Shown here in pieces: positions 27,701 to 36,336 of a stretch of DNA of 64,000 nucleotides (its first letter is position 1; each line of letters opens with the position of its first letter). The stretch is taken from assembly GCA_965205485.1 (NCBI GenBank), contig OZ242180.1, forward strand, positions 1,200,535 to 1,264,534, in the 5' to 3' direction. The notes under the pieces are model-generated. The model did not search any database. It worked only from the letters and a program-made list of their open reading frames with translations, and was not told the origin of the DNA. This DNA is from Candidatus Latescibacterota bacterium (GTDB lineage: Bacteria > Latescibacterota > UBA2968 > GCA-2709665). The translations under genes and the position numbers were made by a program.

Positions 27701-30700
27701 GGTCTCGAGTACAGTCAGGCCGGAGAGGAGGTCGCCCGGCACGGAGGTGAGACCCATGCTGTAAAGTTCGAGATGGGTAAGCGCCGTCAGCCCGGAGAAA
27801 AGGGCGGCGTCGATGCTGCCGCCGGCGATCTCGTTGCGGCTCAGGGTGAGGTGTTCAAGCGACGACAGGCTTGAGAAAACGGTCGCCGGGAAGCTGGTGA
27901 GGCGGGCATATTCCAGGTCCAGGTGCTCCAGCCCCGACAGGTTCGAGAAGACGTCCGCCGGCAGGCTGGTGATTCGGGAATTGCTTATATCGAGGTGTTT
28001 GAGCCCCGACAAGCCGGAGAACTCGTCGGCCGCGAGATCGCCCAGAAGATTGTTACGGAGGACGAGTCTGTCAAGCGCCGTCAACGTGGAGAAGCCGTTG
28101 GCCGGCAGGTTGTTGATGCGGGCGCTCAGCAGATCGAGATTGGTCAGGGATGTCAGTCCGGAGAACAGGTTTACGTCGAAGTCGCCAAGTTGACTGAAGG
28201 ACATTTCGAGAGTTGTCAGTGCGGTCAGGCCGGAGAATGTGTTCGCTCCGAGATTGGAGAGGTTGTTCTGCCTGAGATGGAGCTCTTCCAACGCCGTCAG
28301 CCCGGCAAAGTCGCCAGCTTTCAACGTGGAGATGTTTTCGTCTCTCAGCGAGAGGCGCCTGATCGCGGCAAGATGGTCGGGGGTTACGTCTCCGCAGGCG
28401 CTGACCCCCGTTTCATCCACAATCGCGTCCCGCACCTGAGCGGTGCGGCTGCAGACGTCCTGGAGGTTGGTCACCGCCAGGTTGCTGAGGGCGCCGGCGG
28501 GGTTCTGCGCCCGGTCTCGGATCGGGTTGGTCCCCGGGGTGTAGGCCAGCGCCACCGTCTCGCCCGTGCTCACGGCCGAGGGCAGGGTGAGCGTCAATAC
28601 GGTATTGCTCATGGTCACCGAGGTAACGCTCCGCGCCTCGCTGTCTACGGTCACGTTGAAATCCCCCGCTGCTGGCTTCGAAGTGGCGTCGAGCCTTTCT
28701 CCGTAGGTGAGGGTCAGCTCGTCGCCATCCACTTCGGCTTTGGTGGGGGTCGGGGCTTTGCCGTCGACCTTGTGGCTGGACTGATTGGCGCGTGCCGCGT
28801 GCGCCAGGTCGGCATTGATGGTGGAATTGCTTCTGACGATACTGCCGCCGTTGCGCTTGAGACCGTTTTCTTTGATGGTGGCGCCATTGGTGTCCTCGTC
28901 GGTGTTCTGTACGGTGTATTGGAAGAGGAGTTGTGTTGTCGTCGAGCCACTCTGGTAGCCGGCCTCGCGCCGGGTGGTACCGACCGTCAGGTCGACCTGC
29001 GGCGTGCCGGTGACGGTCACCGCTTCGCTGAAGGTCACTGTTATGGAAATAACGTCACTCAATTTGTAGGTGTTGTTCTGTCCTGAGGCAGGGGTCGAGG
29101 TAAACGCGACGTTCGATACCGTGGGTGCGGTGAGGGTGGTTCCACTGCCCGTATTGGACCAGGCGCCCGTTCCTTCGTCGTTCTTTGCCTGCACCTGGAA
29201 CTGATAGGTCCTGCCCGCGCGCAGGTTCGAGAGGACGCGCGTGCGGGTCACGCTGGTGTCGGCAGAGGCGGTGAACGAGCCGCTCTCGCGGTACTGCAGG
29301 AAGTAGCTCGTGATTTCCGGACCGGTGTTGTACGGCTCGTCCCACCTTACCGTGAGGCTGCTCTCCGTGGTGTCGCTCACCACGGGCGGGGCGGGCTTGC
29401 CCGGGGGCTCCAACTCGTCCTCCACGGCAACGGTGATGGTCTGCGTGGCCGTCAGCGCCCGAGCGTCCGCCCCGCCCGTCACCTCGACTTCAACGGTGTA
29501 CTCGTTGTCGCTCCCCGCGTCCGCCGGCCGTTCAAAGTCGGGGTCATCCCTGAAGTGCAGCTCCCTGGTGTTCTTGATCTCGAAGTCGTCGCTGTCCGCA
29601 CCGCCCGTGACGACGTATCCCGTGATGCCGTCGTCCCTGTCCACGTCCTGCGCGGCCAGCTGCCCCGCCCTCAGGACGTTTTCCTTGACCATGAAACTAT
29701 CCACGCTGGTGAAGTGGGGCGGCTCGTTCACGTCCGTGACGGGCACGGTGATCGTATGCGCAGCCGTCAGCGCGCGGCCGCCCGACCCGCCGGTGGCGGT
29801 GACCTCCACGACGTAGCTGTTGTTGCTTCCCGCGTCCGCCGGACTCTCGAAGTCAGGGTCATCCCTGAAGGTCAGCGCCCCCGTGTTGCTGATCTCTAGC
29901 CTGGCGCGGTCGCTTCCGCCGGTCAGGGTGTAATCCGTGATGTTGTCAGCGCCGTCGAGGTCGTCGGCGGTGACCGTGCCGGCGAAGGACTGGTTTTCCG
30001 GGGCCTCGAGCGTCGCCTCCCCGGTGAACACGGGCGCCTCGTTCAGATCCGTCAGGTCGATGGACACCGGGATACTGCTATCGCCGCCGTGGCCGTCGGT
30101 GGCCTTCACGTTCACCGAATAACGGGACAGGACCTCATAGTCGTAGGTCCTGCCCGCCTTTGTCATGAGCTGGCCATTCCGCGTGTCGATGGTGAAGGAG
30201 TCCGCGTGTGTGCCTTCCAGCGCGTACGTCAGCGTGGTCATCTCAGCGTCGGTCGCACTGACCGGATCGCCGATGTCCTTGACGCCCGTCGTGTTCTCCG
30301 CCAGGGTGCGGGTAGCGCTGCCTCTGTCGGTAAACACGGGCAAAACGTTGGCATTGGTGTTTCCCGTACCCCGTTCCGACCAGTCGCTGGCGCCTTCGGG
30401 TGAGCGCGCCAGCACTTGCACCTGGTACCTTGTGCCCGGTGTCCTGCCCGTGATGGTTGCACTGCGTTCCGCGCTGTTGTGCGTCCACGAGGTGAAGCCG
30501 CCGCTGTCCCCTTGCCGATACTGTACGTCGTAGTCGTTGATGTCCGGGCCCGTGTTTGCCGGTTCGTCCCACGTAACCTCCAGGCTCGTGGACGAGGCCG
30601 CGGCGACGTCCGGCGCGCCCGGCGTGCCGGGTCTTTCCTGCAGGTCCGTCAGGTTGATCCTGACGGCAATCGTGTTGCTGCCGCCCTGCCCGTCTTCGAC

Positions 30701-31948
30701 GCGCACGATGACGTCATAGCGGGGCTTCGCCTCGAAGTCATAGGTCTGTCCCGACACCGTCTTTAATTGACCGTCATCCGCTCCAATTGTGAAGCTCGCG
30801 GCATCCGCGCCGGACAGGCTGTATTCCGGCGTGTCGCCATCGTGATCCCTCGCGGTGACCGGGCTGCCGACGTCGTTTGTGCCCGTCGTATTCTCGGCGA
30901 ACGAGCGTGTGGCGCTGGCCCCTTCATTGAACGTGGGCGCGCGATTGGCGCTGGTTCGAGCATCCACCGACTCCGACCAGGCGCTTTCCCCTTCGGGAGA
31001 GCGCGCCAGCACCCGCACCTGGTAGTCCGTGTTGGTCGTCAGAGAGGTGATGGTCGTACTCGTGCCGGGACCGTCGTGGGTCCACGGGGAGAAAGAGCCG
31101 GTGGTTCCTTCCCGGTATTGCACGTCGTAGTCGTCGATGGGGGGGCCCGTGTTGGCAGGGGCCGTCCAGCGGATGGAAAGGCTGTTCAGCGTCTGTGCCG
31201 TGACCGTCGGCTTGTCCGGCGCCTCGGGATCTTCGCTGTCGTCGTCGGTCACGTCGACGGTCACGTTGATCGTCGCCAGCCCGCCCTGTTCGTCCCGCGC
31301 TTCTACGGTCACGGAATAGCGGTTCTTCGTCTCGAAGTCGTAGTTTACGCCGTCAGCGGTCCGCAATTGACCGGTCCTCACATCGATGTCAAAACTCTCC
31401 GCGTCGCCGTCGGAGAGGCGGTACGTCACGGCGGTGTTCTCCGGGTCGTCCGCCCGCAACCGGGTGCCCAGGTCCTGCACACCGGTCGTATTCTCGGCGA
31501 CTTCGCGCGTGGCACTCCTTCCCTCGTCGAACACGGGCGGCAGATTGCTGCTGGTCGTGCCGAAGCCAGCGCGGGACCAGAGCGATGTCCCTTCATCGTT
31601 TGTTGCCCGAACCTGCACCTCGTACCGGGTATTGGCGTCGAGGTCGCTGATCGTCGTAGTCGTGCCCGGCCCATCGTGAGCGTGGGGGAGGAAGTTGCCG
31701 CTCTTGCGGTATTGCACGTCATAGTCCGTGATATCCGGGCCCGTGTTGTCCGGCGCGTCCCACGTCACCGTCAGGCTGGTCGTCGATGCCGGCTGCACCA
31801 GAAGCGCGGCGGGAACCTCCGGCGGCTCGTTCACGTCGGCCACGTGGATGGTCACGCCGATGGTTGCTGATTCCCCGTACGGATCGCTGGCTACCAGGTC
31901 AACGGAATACCGATCGTTATCCTCGAAGTCGTACGTGATGCCCAACAA
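24731..31948 (-). CDS. Giant surface adhesin-like protein, C-terminal 2405 aa: cadherin-like repeats, FN3-like repeats, LRR block, C-terminal HExxH zincin-like domain. It continues the gene at 31891..33012 after a frameshift.
   Basis: - Repeated ...GQL.T..G..YDFE....Y.V.V.A.D..GG.....V.I.VTDV.E.P units (cadherin-like).
- FN3-like P..P..P.V......SL.V.W..P.NTGP.I..Y.VQYR units.
- An LRR region of the form L.L..N.LS.L....FSGLT.L..L.
- C-terminal VVLHEMGHALGFNATSW. Confidence 0.8.
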   Translation of the reverse strand: MLGITYDFEDNDRYSVDLVASDPYGESATIGVTIHVADVNEPPEVPAALLVQPASTTSLTVTWDAPDNTGPDITDYDVQYRKSGNFLPHAHDGPGTTTTISDLDANTRYEVQVRATNDEGTSLWSRAGFGTTSSNLPPVFDEGRSATREVAENTTGVQDLGTRLRADDPENTAVTYRLSDGDAESFDIDVRTGQLRTADGVNYDFETKNRYSVTVEARDEQGGLATINVTVDVTDDDSEDPEAPDKPTVTAQTLNSLSIRWTAPANTGPPIDDYDVQYREGTTGSFSPWTHDGPGTSTTITSLTTNTDYQVRVLARSPEGESAWSESVDARTSANRAPTFNEGASATRSFAENTTGTNDVGSPVTARDHDGDTPEYSLSGADAASFTIGADDGQLKTVSGQTYDFEAKPRYDVIVRVEDGQGGSNTIAVRINLTDLQERPGTPGAPDVAAASSTSLEVTWDEPANTGPDINDYDVQYRQGDSGGFTSWTHNSAERSATITGRTPGTRYQVQVLARSPEGASDWSERGTGNTNANVLPVFTDRGSATRTLAENTTGVKDIGDPVSATDAEMTTLTYALEGTHADSFTIDTRNGQLMTKAGRTYDYEVLSRYSVNVKATDGHGGDSSIPVSIDLTDLNEAPVFTGEATLEAPENQSFAGTVTADDLDGADNITDYTLTGGSDRARLEISNTGALTFRDDPDFESPADAGSNNSYVVEVTATGGSGGRALTAAHTITVPVTDVNEPPHFTSVDSFMVKENVLRAGQLAAQDVDRDDGITGYVVTGGADSDDFEIKNTRELHFRDDPDFERPADAGSDNEYTVEVEVTGGADARALTATQTITVAVEDELEPPGKPAPPVVSDTTESSLTVRWDEPYNTGPEITSYFLQYRESGSFTASADTSVTRTRVLSNLRAGRTYQFQVQAKNDEGTGAWSNTGSGTTLTAPTVSNVAFTSTPASGQNNTYKLSDVISITVTFSEAVTVTGTPQVDLTVGTTRREAGYQSGSTTTQLLFQYTVQNTDEDTNGATIKENGLKRNGGSIVRSNSTINADLAHAARANQSSHKVDGKAPTPTKAEVDGDELTLTYGERLDATSKPAAGDFNVTVDSEARSVTSVTMSNTVLTLTLPSAVSTGETVALAYTPGTNPIRDRAQNPAGALSNLAVTNLQDVCSRTAQVRDAIVDETGVSACGDVTPDHLAAIRRLSLRDENISTLKAGDFAGLTALEELHLRQNNLSNLGANTFSGLTALTTLEMSFSQLGDFDVNLFSGLTSLTNLDLLSARINNLPANGFSTLTALDRLVLRNNLLGDLAADEFSGLSGLKHLDISNSRITSLPADVFSNLSGLEHLDLEYARLTSFPATVFSSLSSLEHLTLSRNEIAGGSIDAALFSGLTALTHLELYSMGLTSVPGDLLSGLTVLETLNLSYNNDLITLPDTVFSGLTNLRTLSLRATDVSTLDGLLSGLTELRSLDLRQMDLSTLGDSVFSGLTELNELQLQWNPVDPLPIAVSLEAAGTDQFVARAHTGAPFDMVLPLRLSNGEIDSGEGSITIPQGSVESEPLSVSRTAGSSGAVTVDLGVLPALPASDNGYELVLSDDLPLVVIDAEAGVEIYPTELTIGEDDSDTYTVVLTMQPTADVTVTVTVPSGADVTVNPSPLTFTDQDWDTPQTVTVSASADTDSDDDEVILTHTVSGGYQGVTAVNVEVTVTETAVTTNSPPSIFHNSWTVNENFTGHISIVGTDPDDRDYITGYELTGGRDRSLFEIATRGGEGHLTFVNVPDYERPAGSSNRNEIVVTVTSGMGTRQRTGQRQIAINVSDVDEPPGRPPAPGLGFLDGTTPTIAVGMGGRIPPVNTGPEITGWGVQHREKDSGDDFTGTTYTSATLDARIENLTKGLTYEVQVQAKNDEGDSEWSPSAEIEIPNQPPVAVGTFDDLTLAVGGAVEIVSADGVFSSPDGDLLSYTASSGNTAAATVQMISTEILVDPQAAGSATITVTASDPYGASDSETFEVTVRTPTLSAPTLTIAGNLFTLTFTDNFAADETRAYHVRIRQKTNQGPWATGCHTETNDEASQQSISVTLEDAVSDFFEPGTTYEADYGYLGVSCDGSLMGSRSATDEETTSGTASFDIELVFVGSVSSTYRTYVEDGAERWEEIITGDLPNHRLSSSNRSFLNGEFPGSAAPEVVDDLILYVRVVDLVGAIGQGASLLSRVPSFLPAVSRITLDSDILSTYSEEIQRAVVLHEMGHALGFNATSWTFLDLLKDPSLSPFRIPIDPAPDTYFSGTKAIAAFDAADGSSYTGAKVPVENSGGAGSRDSHWRESVMDGELMTSRLETFSNPLSAITIQSMADLGYTVDVTKADAYTLPSTSKIAIVPEAPIPLNCAIEHTWTRHDQPEPIILNLRRVTETESRE

Positions 31949-33012
31949 CGTGCGCAGCTGCCCGCTGCCCGGAGCTGCCCGTCGCTGGCGCGTACGGTGA
32001 CGGTATACCTGTCCCTGGCCTCGTGGTCGTACGCAATCCCCTCCCTCGTGAGCAGCTGACCCGTTCCCACTTCAATCGCAAAGCTGTCCGCGTGCCCGCC
32101 GCGCAGGCGGTACGTCAGCGAGTCGCCGTCGGCGTCCGTGGCCGTGACTGGATCGCCGATGGGTTGCCCCGCCGGCGTGTTCTCGTCCACGGTACGTGTC
32201 ACCGGAGATGTGGCGGTGAACACAGGCCCGCGGTTGGCCTCTTCGCCGAAGCTGCTGGCGAAGAACACGAAGTCCTCAAAGCCGATGCCGCCGTCGCCGT
32301 TCAGATCGTACGCCGCGTCGTACTTCCCGTCGCCCTGCCGCGTCCCGAAGATGCCCGCGAACGCCACGAAGTCGGAGAAGCCCACCACCCCGTTGCCGTC
32401 GAAGTCCGGAGACGGCGACGCGGGTACCTGCAGCGTCACGCCAACGGCAGCAGAGATCGTCTCTGTCTTTCCGCCGCGGGTAAGTTTCGGGTCCGCCAGC
32501 CAGACCTCCGTATCAGAGAATGCAGTCTTAGTGCTGAAGAGCAGCGAGCCGATCCAACCGGAGTTCGTAGTTGCGGAACCGGTCAGCGAAGAGACACCGA
32601 TACCCAACGATGAGGAGTCCTGCCGTACGACAGGCTGGGCGTTCGGCAGCGCGTCGCCAGCATCGAAGCCCTCGTAGGAGACCTGCGATGCTTCGAAACG
32701 CAATCTCGCGGAGACACCGGTGGCGCCCTGGATATCCGTGCCGAAAATCTGGATGGTGAAAGGCTGATCGGGAAGGAGGTCGAGCGAGGAGACGGCCTGA
32801 TCGCCTGCTGAATCGTCAAGGTCCAGCGTGAGGGAAAACCCGCTGGTTTGCGTCAACGGCGACCACGGAAACACGAACAGCAGTAGGCAAAACAGAATGA
32901 GGACGCCGGGCGCGAGCCGTTGTAATCCGACATTATTCTCAGGATCGTTGTCGCTCACGGTCAGACCCGCCAATGATGTGCCTCCCACGCATAAGCCCGT
33001 GCCGGTTTCCAA
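31891..33012 (-). CDS. N-terminal part of the giant adhesin-like gene: signal peptide, cohesin-like module (tentative), dockerin-like module, first cadherin-like repeat
   Basis: - Hydrophobic LILFCLLLFVFPWSP.
- VSSLDLLPDQPFTIQIFGTDIQGATGVSARLRFEASQVSYEGF.
- SPDFDGNGVVGFSDFVAFAGIFG...DLNGDGGIGFEDFVFFASSFG.
- The repeat begins VDENTPAGQPIGDPVTATDADGDSLTYRL... and breaks at ASDGQ. The next repeat continues in another frame as GQLRTLLGITYDFE. Confidence 0.7.
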   Translation of the reverse strand: METGTGLCVGGTSLAGLTVSDNDPENNVGLQRLAPGVLILFCLLLFVFPWSPLTQTSGFSLTLDLDDSAGDQAVSSLDLLPDQPFTIQIFGTDIQGATGVSARLRFEASQVSYEGFDAGDALPNAQPVVRQDSSSLGIGVSSLTGSATTNSGWIGSLLFSTKTAFSDTEVWLADPKLTRGGKTETISAAVGVTLQVPASPSPDFDGNGVVGFSDFVAFAGIFGTRQGDGKYDAAYDLNGDGGIGFEDFVFFASSFGEEANRGPVFTATSPVTRTVDENTPAGQPIGDPVTATDADGDSLTYRLRGGHADSFAIEVGTGQLLTREGIAYDHEARDRYTVTVRASDGQLRAAGSCARCWASRTTSRITIGIPLTW

Positions 33013-33726
33013 ATGTCGCGTTTACCGCGCACTTGGACTCATCCGCGATCTCACTGACTGCAGCGCGGTGGTAGGTGCAGGCGATTCTGTGATATCGAAG
33101 GCAGCCCACGCCGGAACTTCGCAGGCAGTACGCGGGCGTCAGGAAGTGTCCGGAGTATTGGTAAGGCCTGCCCCGTAGCGAACTGTTGACCATAATACAC
33201 GTAAATGACACGCGAATATATGACGTTACTTCGAATATAGGAAACTTTTTTGTTTTATATATGTAATATTCGTGATGTTTGTTCGGGGCGGGAGTTGCAG
33301 AGGATTATCCAGCGGGGGATTTCCTGGCAGGCGTCACGGAACGTCCAATTGGGCGGAACGCGTGGATTGCCCGGAGTACATACGGGAGGAAAGAATCGAA
33401 TCAGTCGAGGATCCTGGACGAGAGATCAAGCATCCACATGAGCGCCGGGCCCAAGGGTGATGGGTGTCTATGCGTCAGCGAAAGCCGCGACTTCGAGTCG
33501 GCGTTGCAGCCACTTGTTGGCACCGCCCGATCGCTGACCGATGTCATTTGATGGTGCCGTGCCGTTCCTACGCGCATACACCTCTGCCGATCCGCTCAAG
33601 GCCGACATGCCAATGTGGATCCAAGTGGAATCGTGGTGTACGAAAGCGTGTACGTTCGGCAACGTTACGCACGGCATCAAACATTCGGATTGACTTTGAT
33701 TATCTAAATATCTATTTTAGATATTC

Positions 33727-34887
33727 ATGTATAATCGAATATTAAATTTAGATTTGATCGGACAGCAGACGTGTTTTCTGTGGGGGCCGCGGCAGACCGG
33801 CAAGAGCACGCTCATCCGTTCGCTGTTTCCACGGGCAAGGCGTTACGACCTCCTGCTGGCCGACGTGTATCGTGCGCTGATCGACCGCCCCGAGTTGATT
33901 CGCGAGGAATGCCTCGCTGAAGGATTGGATGGCGACTCGCAGGACGATCCCATCGTGATCGACGAAGTCCAGAGGATTCCTGAACTTCTGAATGAAGTCC
34001 ACTGGCTCGCGGAAAACAGGGGGTTGCGGTTTCTATTGTGTGGTTCGAGCGCGAGGAAGTTGAAACGCGGCGGTGGCAATCTGCTCGGCGGGAGGGCGGT
34101 CCGGTATCAGTTGCATCCATTGGTTACTGCCGAGATCCCGGAATTTTCGCTCGACAAGGCACTGAATGGCGGTCTGCTGCCCCGTCATTACCTGAGCGCG
34201 CGGCCGCGCAGGTTGATTCAGGCCTATGTCGGCGATTACCTTCGGGAGGAAATCGCGGCCGAAGCGTTGACGCGGAATATCCCTGCATTCAGCCGGTTCC
34301 TCGAGGTGGCTGCGCTATCAAACGGCGAGTTGATCAACTACAACACGATCGCCGCGGAATGCGGCGTGAGCGCGCCCACCGCGAAGGGGTATTTCCAGAT
34401 CCTGGAAGATACTATGATCGGGAGCTTCGTACCGGCGTTTCGCAGGCGTGCAAAGCGCCGCGTTTTCGGCGCGCCCCGGTTCTATTTCTTCGACATTGGC
34501 GTGGTGGCGTGTCTGACAGGACGCGGGCACGTCCATGCAGCTTCGGAGCTCTTTGAACGCGCTTTCGAACACTTCATATTCATGGAAGTGTCCGCGTATT
34601 CCAGCTATTCCGGGACGTTTTTCCCGGTATCGTACTGGCGAACCGCATCCGGTCATGAGGTCGACTTTATCTTTGATGACGTCGCACTCGAGGTCAAGTC
34701 GACGTTCCGGATCCAGGACAGGCACCTGAAGGGCATTCGTGCATTCAAGGAAGAGTTCAATATGGCCCAATATATCGTCGTCTCACGGGAGGAGGCGCCG
34801 CGCCAGACCGCGGACGGAATTCTGATCCTGCCGTGGCAGGATTTCCTCGACCGGCTCTGGGGCGGCGGGATCGTCCCGCCGATGTAG
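33727..34887 (+). CDS. AAA+ ATPase (AAA_14 plus DUF4143-type ATP-binding protein)
   Basis: Walker A WGPRQTGKST, Walker B IVIDEVQRIP, and the DUF4143-like C-terminal half. An AT-rich upstream region precedes it. Confidence 0.85.
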   Translation: MYNRILNLDLIGQQTCFLWGPRQTGKSTLIRSLFPRARRYDLLLADVYRALIDRPELIREECLAEGLDGDSQDDPIVIDEVQRIPELLNEVHWLAENRGLRFLLCGSSARKLKRGGGNLLGGRAVRYQLHPLVTAEIPEFSLDKALNGGLLPRHYLSARPRRLIQAYVGDYLREEIAAEALTRNIPAFSRFLEVAALSNGELINYNTIAAECGVSAPTAKGYFQILEDTMIGSFVPAFRRRAKRRVFGAPRFYFFDIGVVACLTGRGHVHAASELFERAFEHFIFMEVSAYSSYSGTFFPVSYWRTASGHEVDFIFDDVALEVKSTFRIQDRHLKGIRAFKEEFNMAQYIVVSREEAPRQTADGILILPWQDFLDRLWGGGIVPPM

Positions 34888-35009
34888 TCGCTTGTGCTCA
34901 ATATCGTGCGCGCTTCCACCCACCGACTGTCGCCCTTCCCATCCCTCCGCTCTACTTTGCCGCCGGATTTTTCTGCCGTCCCCTGTTCAACTCGTTCGAC
35001 CTGACGGCG

Positions 35010-35870
35010 CTATCCCACAATGGCATTGATGTCCTGAACGACGATATCCGTCGCGCCCAGGGTCCGGAGGCGTATCAGAAGGCCGGCCGTCTGCGATCTG
35101 GGAACGACGGTCTCGATCGCGCTGGCGCAATCCGATAACCGGCTGAGCGTGGGCGCGCGCAGGGCGGGCAGCGCTTCCAGGACCGCATTTGTGTGAATTT
35201 TATCGACGTTCAACTTGATGAGCTGCTGGTTTTCGGCCTCGAGCGCGCCGGCCATCAGGTCTCCCAGCGCGACGAACTCGGGAATCCGTCGGCGCGCGAT
35301 GACGACGATGGGCGATACCATGAACTCATCGGCGATCTTGAGACCGTTTTCGCGAAGACTGATACCCGTAATCGTGACGCCCACGCCGTAGTCGAAGAGC
35401 TTCATCGCCACCTTGATTTCCGTGCTTCCGTGCGAGAAACCGATATCCGCATTCGGATATCGGTCGCGTGTGATCGCCGGGTATTCGGAACTGATCGTAA
35501 CTGTCGCATCTTGCGACAGTGGCGGACTGTCCGGCCGCCCGAAAAGGACGACACGGGCCGGATCCCGGGTATCGCGGCTGATCCGCAACTCCTGGAGACG
35601 CTGAATGTGGGTTTCGCCCTCGCCTGTTTGCGCCAGTTCGGTTTCGACCACGCAGTCCAGCCCGCAGATGCCGCAGTCGATCTGTCGCTTCAGCAGGGCG
35701 GCGGGAATGTCCTGGGGACGCATGTAGACGGCCTGACTGAACAGATCGAGCCCGTCCACGCAGACCTGGCCGTTGCGTCCCCTGGGGCGAACGTCGAGAC
35801 CGATTCGTGAGAGCAGGTCGCACAGCGGAGCCTGCATGCTGCCGTTGGGCAGACCGAGCGTGAAGTTCAT
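35010..35870 (-). CDS. hisG: ATP phosphoribosyltransferase
   Basis: N-terminus MNFTLGLPNGSM. PRPP-binding TGISLRENGL motif. About 286 aa. Confidence 0.75.
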   Translation of the reverse strand: MNFTLGLPNGSMQAPLCDLLSRIGLDVRPRGRNGQVCVDGLDLFSQAVYMRPQDIPAALLKRQIDCGICGLDCVVETELAQTGEGETHIQRLQELRISRDTRDPARVVLFGRPDSPPLSQDATVTISSEYPAITRDRYPNADIGFSHGSTEIKVAMKLFDYGVGVTITGISLRENGLKIADEFMVSPIVVIARRRIPEFVALGDLMAGALEAENQQLIKLNVDKIHTNAVLEALPALRAPTLSRLSDCASAIETVVPRSQTAGLLIRLRTLGATDIVVQDINAIVG

Positions 35871-35873
35871 GGC

Positions 35874-36302
35874 TTACTCCGGGATGGTTTTCGGATCCGT
35901 GAATCTGAGACTTCCGTTGACTATGCTTCGGTAATAACATCCATAGCGCGATCGATCGTCGACTTTCGTGTGGCACGACCCCTCGCCCCTCAGGCGCACC
36001 AGGTAGAGCAGCGAGTTCTGCTCGCAGTTGACGCGCACCTCGACCAGGTCGAGCATATCCCCCGACGTCGCCCCCTTGATCCAGAGTTCGTTGCGAGACG
36101 TGCTCCAGAATGTCGCCACGCGGTGCTCGAGCGCGTGTTCGAGCGCCTGTTTATTCACATAGCCGATCAGGAGAACGGCTTTGCTGTCTACGTCCTGCAC
36201 GGCCGCGGGAATGACCGCGTGGCCGGTTTTCGCAACCCTGGACAGCTTCTCGAAATCGAGCCGGATCTCCGTGCCCTCTTCAAGCGCGTTTTCAATGTCC
36301 AT
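35874..36302 (-). CDS. hisI: Phosphoribosyl-AMP cyclohydrolase
   Basis: IPAAVQD...VLLIGYVN.QALEHAL..R.ATFWSTSRNELWIKGATSG...C.QNSLLYLVR..G.SCH matches the HisI pattern. It lies immediately upstream of hisG. Confidence 0.8.
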   Translation of the reverse strand: MDIENALEEGTEIRLDFEKLSRVAKTGHAVIPAAVQDVDSKAVLLIGYVNKQALEHALEHRVATFWSTSRNELWIKGATSGDMLDLVEVRVNCEQNSLLYLVRLRGEGSCHTKVDDRSRYGCYYRSIVNGSLRFTDPKTIPE

Positions 36303-36336
36303 AGCGATTTCCTTCCTGCCCGGGATCGGCTGATCC

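Noticed and set aside
25481-31870. Long plus-strand ORFs (25481..26467, 27923..29086, 30767..31870 and others) rich in Arg/Gly/Pro/Val
   Set aside because: Antisense ORFs inside the giant minus-strand gene. High GC suppresses stop codons, and they carry no motifs or start signals.
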